From the sequence record SRR2962707_3586: a stretch of 30,042 nt of DNA, one strand, 5' to 3'. The first letter of the stretch is position 1. Each line of letters opens with the position of its first letter. The notes under the pieces are model-generated. The model had not been told where the DNA came from. It worked only from the letters and a program-made list of their open reading frames with translations, and did no database searches. Positions 25,396 through 30,042 of this stretch are shown one piece after another. Both the position numbers and the translations under genes were made by a program.

Positions 25396-26791
25396 TTTGG
25401 TATGTCTGCTGACCATTGCATTTTTTGCAGTCTTTAGTCAATCCAAGACCAATGACCGTATAACTGTTTCATTCGATGATGCTGAGCTTGAAGTAATATT
25501 TGATTCCTTAAGTGCACAATCGGGCTACTTTTTTAGTTATAGTACCACCATTCTTCCAAAAGGCAATCGCTTTACCATTTCTGCAGATGATCAGCCAATT
25601 GACCAATTCCTGTCAAGCTTATTCATTGGCACAGGGCTGAGATATTCATTTTACAAGGATCAAATCATCATTAATTATGAACCACCAAAACAGCAGGTGG
25701 TGAAAAGAAGGAACTTCTTTAGTATCAGTGGCAAGGTCTTGGACGAAAATGGGGAAGCATTGAATGCTGCCAACGTTTTCCTCGATGGTACAACCATTGG
25801 TACTTATACCGATATTGATGGAAATTTTAAACTTGAATCCATTCCTCCCGGATTTTATGATTTAGTTTTCTCACATGTCGGATATGAGAATGCTGTCTAT
25901 CAGATTTCAGAATATAACGGTGGCTCAAGGATTCAAAAACATCAAATGGAATTGGACTTGGGGCAATTAGAAGAAGTTGCAGTTATCTCGAATAGAATCA
26001 CTAATAGTCAGTCGAGCTGGCAGTTCTACTATGAGGTTTTTAAAGAAGAGTTACTCGGCACATCGGAAAATGCTCAAAATTGTGTCATAGAGAATCCGGA
26101 GGTCTTGAATTTCATTTTTGATGAATCCTCCCAACGTCTGACGGCCCATACATCAGCACCACTATTGATTAGAAACGATGCACTCGGGTATCGCATTAAT
26201 TATTTTTTGGAATCATTTAGAAAATCCAATGATGATTTGAGATATAGAGGAAAGATCAGTTTCAGAAATCTGGAACCGCTAGATGGAGGAGACAAAAGAA
26301 CCTGGAGAAACAACAGAAGAGAATGTTTCAGAGGTTCATTCAATCATTTTAAAAAGGCACTTCTTTCCGGTGAGCTGAGAAAAGAAGGATTCAGAATCTA
26401 TCGATTAAAGAACATTGAGAACATTGAGACCAAGAGATCTCAGGAGCTGACCGAAGCTGATATAATGGTCTTTAAGCGCGATTATTATGAATTGGATTTC
26501 AACAATAATCTGCTGGTGGAATACCGAAAGGAAAAGGAAAGTCTTGATTTTTTATCCGATGGTCAGTATGTCACATTTTTGTATGGAGATTTAATCAATG
26601 ATAAAGGAATTCTTATGAAAAATCCTTCCTATCAACTTTCTGTTGTCAGATTGTTGAAGGGCAAGGTTAAGATGGATTTGAACGGCCAAATTCTTGATAA
26701 ATTTGCATTGACAACATACGGCTATTGGTCATGGGAAAGATTAGGTGATTTGGTACCAATAAATTATGATCCGAAGAATGATAATTTTTGA
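25385..26791 (+). CDS. Exported protein: STN-like domain + carboxypeptidase-regulatory-like domain + unknown C-terminal domain
   Basis: Signal peptide from M at 25385; ITVSFDDAELEVIFDSL..SGYFFSY..L..TGLRY..DQIII (STN); ISGKVLDENGEAL..ANVFL..GTYTDIDGNF..SHVGY..LEEVAV; ends GYWSWERLGDLVPINY. Confidence 0.8.
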   Translation: MRVSLVCLLTIAFFAVFSQSKTNDRITVSFDDAELEVIFDSLSAQSGYFFSYSTTILPKGNRFTISADDQPIDQFLSSLFIGTGLRYSFYKDQIIINYEPPKQQVVKRRNFFSISGKVLDENGEALNAANVFLDGTTIGTYTDIDGNFKLESIPPGFYDLVFSHVGYENAVYQISEYNGGSRIQKHQMELDLGQLEEVAVISNRITNSQSSWQFYYEVFKEELLGTSENAQNCVIENPEVLNFIFDESSQRLTAHTSAPLLIRNDALGYRINYFLESFRKSNDDLRYRGKISFRNLEPLDGGDKRTWRNNRRECFRGSFNHFKKALLSGELRKEGFRIYRLKNIENIETKRSQELTEADIMVFKRDYYELDFNNNLLVEYRKEKESLDFLSDGQYVTFLYGDLINDKGILMKNPSYQLSVVRLLKGKVKMDLNGQILDKFALTTYGYWSWERLGDLVPINYDPKNDNF

Positions 26792-26848
26792 GAAAAAGAT
26801 AGGGGGTAAGTAGAGTTAAGTTGTTAAAAACCAGACGATAACAAACAA

Positions 26849-27760
26849 ATGGAAGAAATACTAGCAAAATATTTTTCTGAAGAGGCAAGCAAAGACGAAA
26901 GATCATTGGTTGAAACGTGGAGATCGGAATCGGAAGAGAATGCAAATGCCTTTTTCGACGCTAAAAGTATCTGGCTAGCCGCACAACCAATTACCACTTC
27001 ATCAAGTGAAATTTTAAGCAAAATATTAGACGATCAACCGAAAGGCAAACACGTTACATTTTGGCAGATGCCTGTGTTTAAATATGCTGTTGCCGCATCG
27101 ATCGTTCTTGTTGCGGCCATTGCTTTCATCTTCAACGGTAATAACGCTGGATACCAGAGTGAATCGCTTGCTGATGGAAGTGTAGTTGCACTTCATGGAG
27201 ATTCACGACTTGAAATAATCAATTTCAATGATAAGGTTAGAGAGGTTAGAATCATAGGTAAAGCTTATTTCGATATTGAAAGAGATGAAAACAGACCTTT
27301 TATCATTCATACAGAGAATGCCATTGTGAAAGTACTGGGTACTTCATTTGTGGTAGACAGCTATGATGCTAAAACAGAGGTGTCTGTAGAATCTGGAATA
27401 GTGGAATTGGTGAAATCTGATGATGATGTGTCCGTGAGATTGGTTAAAGGTGAAATGGGTATGATATCGGAAAGCAACAAAGGCATCATCAAGAAGAATA
27501 ACGAAAATCTGAATTACCTCTCCTGGAAAACCAAGGTTCTCACCTTTAAAGGTGCCAGTATGAAGGAAGTTAGTGAGACATTGGAAGATGTCTATGGCAT
27601 AGAGGTGCAATTTGATAATCCTGCCTTTAAAAGCTGCAAGCTGACAGCTAAGTTCAACAAGAAGAAGGCCAAAGATGCGATTGAGATCATCGCAAGGACA
27701 TTCAATATCGAATACGATTATTCCAATGGTGTAGCGATACTAAAAGGAAAAGGGTGTTAA
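26849..27760 (+). CDS. FecR-family anti-sigma factor
   Basis: LAKYFSEEAS N-terminus, TM, LADGSVVAL, GKAYFDI..PFII..VKVLGTSF, C-terminal periplasmic domain. Confidence 0.93.
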   Translation: MEEILAKYFSEEASKDERSLVETWRSESEENANAFFDAKSIWLAAQPITTSSSEILSKILDDQPKGKHVTFWQMPVFKYAVAASIVLVAAIAFIFNGNNAGYQSESLADGSVVALHGDSRLEIINFNDKVREVRIIGKAYFDIERDENRPFIIHTENAIVKVLGTSFVVDSYDAKTEVSVESGIVELVKSDDDVSVRLVKGEMGMISESNKGIIKKNNENLNYLSWKTKVLTFKGASMKEVSETLEDVYGIEVQFDNPAFKSCKLTAKFNKKKAKDAIEIIARTFNIEYDYSNGVAILKGKGC

Positions 27761-27771
27761 AAACACCCTTT
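27749..27771. terminator. Bidirectional hairpin containing the fecR stop codon
   Basis: AAAGGGTGTT-AAA-AACACCCTTT, a perfect 10-bp inverted repeat between convergent fecR and menB. Confidence 0.7.
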
Positions 27772-27798
27772 ATTATTTCGTTGATTCCCTTCTTCTAA

Positions 27799-28647
27799 TC
27801 ATGGAATCCATTTTATATCATCGAAATTGGGCTTACGCTTTTCAAGGAATGCATTACGCCCTTCCTTAGCCTCATCTGTCATGTAGGCCAGGCGTGTGGC
27901 CTCACCAGCGAATACCTGCTGGCCAACCATTCCATCATCAGTTAGATTAAAAGCGAACTTGAGCATTTTAATGGATGTAGGTGACTTGGCTAGAATTTCT
28001 TGCGCCCATTGGTAGGCAGTATCCTCAAGATCAGCATGAGGAATGACAGCATTGACCATACCCATCTCATATGCTTCCTGGGCTGAATAGTTTCTGCCTA
28101 GGAAGAAGATTTCACGAGCTCTTTTTTGTCCAACCATTTTGGCCAGATATGCAGAACCGTACCCACCATCGAAGCTGGTCACATCCGCATCCGTTTGTTT
28201 GAAAATGGCATGTTCCTCACTTGCTAGTGTCAGGTCGCAAACGGTATGCAAACTATGCCCGCCACCAACGGCCCAGCCCGGAACAACAGCTATAACTACT
28301 TTAGGCATAAATCGAATCAACCTTTGTACCTCAAGGATGTTCAGCCTCGGCATTCCATCTTCATCCACATAACCTTGATGCCCCCTTGCGTTTTGATCTC
28401 CACCGCTACAAAAGGCCCATCCACCATCTTTGGCAGAAGGTCCTTCTCCACTAAGCAATACGACACCTATGTTCACATCCTCACGTGCATCCAGGAACGC
28501 TTTGTAAAGTTCAGCAACTGTCTTGGGCCTGAAGGCATTCCGAACCTCAGGTCTGTTGAATGCAATACGGGCAACCTTACCGCTCTTTTTGTAAGTAATG
28601 TCTTCAAAATCTGCTGCTGTCTTCCAGCTAATGGTTGATGTGCTCAT
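27799..28647 (-). CDS. menB: 1,4-dihydroxy-2-naphthoyl-CoA synthase
   Basis: FNRPEVRNAFRP, FCSGGDQ, GWAVGGGHSLH, SFDGGYGS. Confidence 0.96.
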   Translation of the reverse strand: MSTSTISWKTAADFEDITYKKSGKVARIAFNRPEVRNAFRPKTVAELYKAFLDAREDVNIGVVLLSGEGPSAKDGGWAFCSGGDQNARGHQGYVDEDGMPRLNILEVQRLIRFMPKVVIAVVPGWAVGGGHSLHTVCDLTLASEEHAIFKQTDADVTSFDGGYGSAYLAKMVGQKRAREIFFLGRNYSAQEAYEMGMVNAVIPHADLEDTAYQWAQEILAKSPTSIKMLKFAFNLTDDGMVGQQVFAGEATRLAYMTDEAKEGRNAFLEKRKPNFDDIKWIP

Positions 28648-30042
28648 TGATGTAATTTCTTAAGTCCTTGTAAACTTTCTGATTAACCTCAGGATTAGTA
28701 AATACCTCCATCATTTGGGCATTTGCTGAGGGATTGAAGAATTGTTTGAATGCTTTCTGCAGCTCCTTTTCGTTTTCTACTTTCAAGTATTCTAGACCAT
28801 TCTCCTTGCAAATATATTCTGCTGTTCGGTTATGTCTCGTCTCGAAATACTCTTCAAGCTCAGTCAATTTGGAAGGTCCTTCTATTAGGCGAAATATGCC
28901 GCCACCACCATTGTTCATGACAATGATTCTGAGATTTGGCATAGCATAATTATGAAAGAATGCATTCCGATCGTAAAGAAAAGCCAGATCACCTGTTAAC
29001 AACACATTTAACTTATCAGAGACTAGTGTCATACCAACAGCAGTTGAGGTGCATCCATCAATTCCGCTCGTTCCTCTGTTCGAATACACCTCGATTCCTT
29101 TTGGAACACCAAATAAATCTGCAAAGCGCACCGGCATAGAATTACTTAGGTGGAGCATTGTCTTAATGGGAATTGCATCCAAAATCACTTTTGTGGCAGA
29201 GCATTCGCTAAATGGCGCATTCTCAAGGAATTGCGCTATCGCTTGTTTGGCAGAAGTGGCGTAATACCTCCATCTTTCAGCATACTCCTTATCCAGCTTT
29301 GAAGTATCAAGCGAATCCATAAAATCCTTTAAATCTCCACGAACCAATTCTAGCTTAGTGCCAAAGGTATCTACCTCAACGCCTGATGGATCAAAGTGAA
29401 TATGCTTAGCAGGCTTGTTGGCTCTAATGAACTGTTTAAGCTTTTTGGATAATACGGAAAGCCCGGTCGTTATCAATAAATCAGGTTTGAGATCGGATTG
29501 GTTGTTGATAAAAGCATCAACATAGTCGATCCCACCTGATAAGTTGTTCAAGGGGGATTGAATAACAGGAATATGATCCTGAATAGAGTTGAGCAGCTGA
29601 TCAAGGGCAGCATCATAATCTTGCTGCCCGGTTAACAGTAGAACTTTCTGATATCCCGAAAGGTCGATACCCTCTTTGGTTAAATCTTCTTTTCCTGCAT
29701 CCGCTATATCAAGTTCTGAAAAAGAAAGTTCTTGTTCGAGATCAGGATAGAATGGTTCTGAAAAGGGAATGTTGACATGAACTGGACCAATAGGTAATTG
29801 AGTTGTTAGCTGAAGTGCTTCAATCAAATCATTCTGATATTTTATCTCATCCTCCTCATCCTTTATATCTGGCAATTGAAAGGAATTTTTCACATGATTT
29901 TTTAATGCCTCAAACTGCCTGATGGTTTGTCCATCTCGCTGATCTATCAGATCTGCTGGCCGATCTGCCGAGAGCACAAGAAGCGGAATTTGCCGATAGA
30001 ATGCTTCCGCAATAGCAGGAGCATAATTCAATAAGGCTGTAC
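28628..30042 (-). CDS. menD: SEPHCHC synthase, TPP-dependent (5'-partial)
   Basis: Frame open to the window edge (..TALLNYAPAIAEA); SADRP, GPVHVNIPFSEP, NRGTSGIDG, GDLAFLYD..NNGGGGIF; overlaps menB by 20 bp. Confidence 0.95.
   Translation of the reverse strand, partial: TALLNYAPAIAEAFYRQIPLLVLSADRPADLIDQRDGQTIRQFEALKNHVKNSFQLPDIKDEEDEIKYQNDLIEALQLTTQLPIGPVHVNIPFSEPFYPDLEQELSFSELDIADAGKEDLTKEGIDLSGYQKVLLLTGQQDYDAALDQLLNSIQDHIPVIQSPLNNLSGGIDYVDAFINNQSDLKPDLLITTGLSVLSKKLKQFIRANKPAKHIHFDPSGVEVDTFGTKLELVRGDLKDFMDSLDTSKLDKEYAERWRYYATSAKQAIAQFLENAPFSECSATKVILDAIPIKTMLHLSNSMPVRFADLFGVPKGIEVYSNRGTSGIDGCTSTAVGMTLVSDKLNVLLTGDLAFLYDRNAFFHNYAMPNLRIIVMNNGGGGIFRLIEGPSKLTELEEYFETRHNRTAEYICKENGLEYLKVENEKELQKAFKQFFNPSANAQMMEVFTNPEVNQKVYKDLRNYINEHINH

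Noticed and set aside
5487..29264. Remaining short antisense or nested ORFs inside mnmE, the permease, desaturase, parE, parC, menE, fecR, menB and menD
   Set aside because: They overlap well-supported genes and show no motifs or independent expression signals.
30029..30031. TTG start of menD given by the ORF track
   Set aside because: The frame stays open to the window edge and the conserved MenD N-terminus is missing, so the true start is outside the window.

Overview
Bacteroidota DNA, most likely Cytophagales-like, judged from TAnnTTTG promoter boxes, Bacteroidota-type topoisomerase IV and an ECF/FecR module. It is mostly housekeeping: mnmE, parE/parC, a TrmH-family gene, a SanA-like gene, menD/menB/menE, rhomboid and an SplB-like radical SAM gene. 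Small regulatory modules are interspersed (PadR + ABC permease, ArsR + two SRPBCC, ECF sigma + STN protein + FecR), and a beta-propeller/Y_Y_Y sensor runs off the left edge. The structure not shown by the ORF track is the most interesting part. (1) A synonymously diverged 72-bp duplicate of the mnmE 3' end brackets a ~0.7-kb integrase-less mini-island carrying an XRE gene and a small ORF. (2) A SatD-family protein (cyclase-like domain + HTH) and a small membrane partner sit between parE and parC, behind three 19-bp palindromes spaced exactly 28 bp apart. (3) A perfect CTAA-N5-TTAG palindrome, like the Bacteroidota SOS box, precedes the radical SAM gene. (4) An STN-domain protein lacking a TonB-dependent barrel lies inside a sigma/FecR cassette that separates menB from menE. 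(5) A CGTC-type REP doublet lies just upstream of parE. No rRNA, tRNA, CRISPR array, transposase or integrase was seen.
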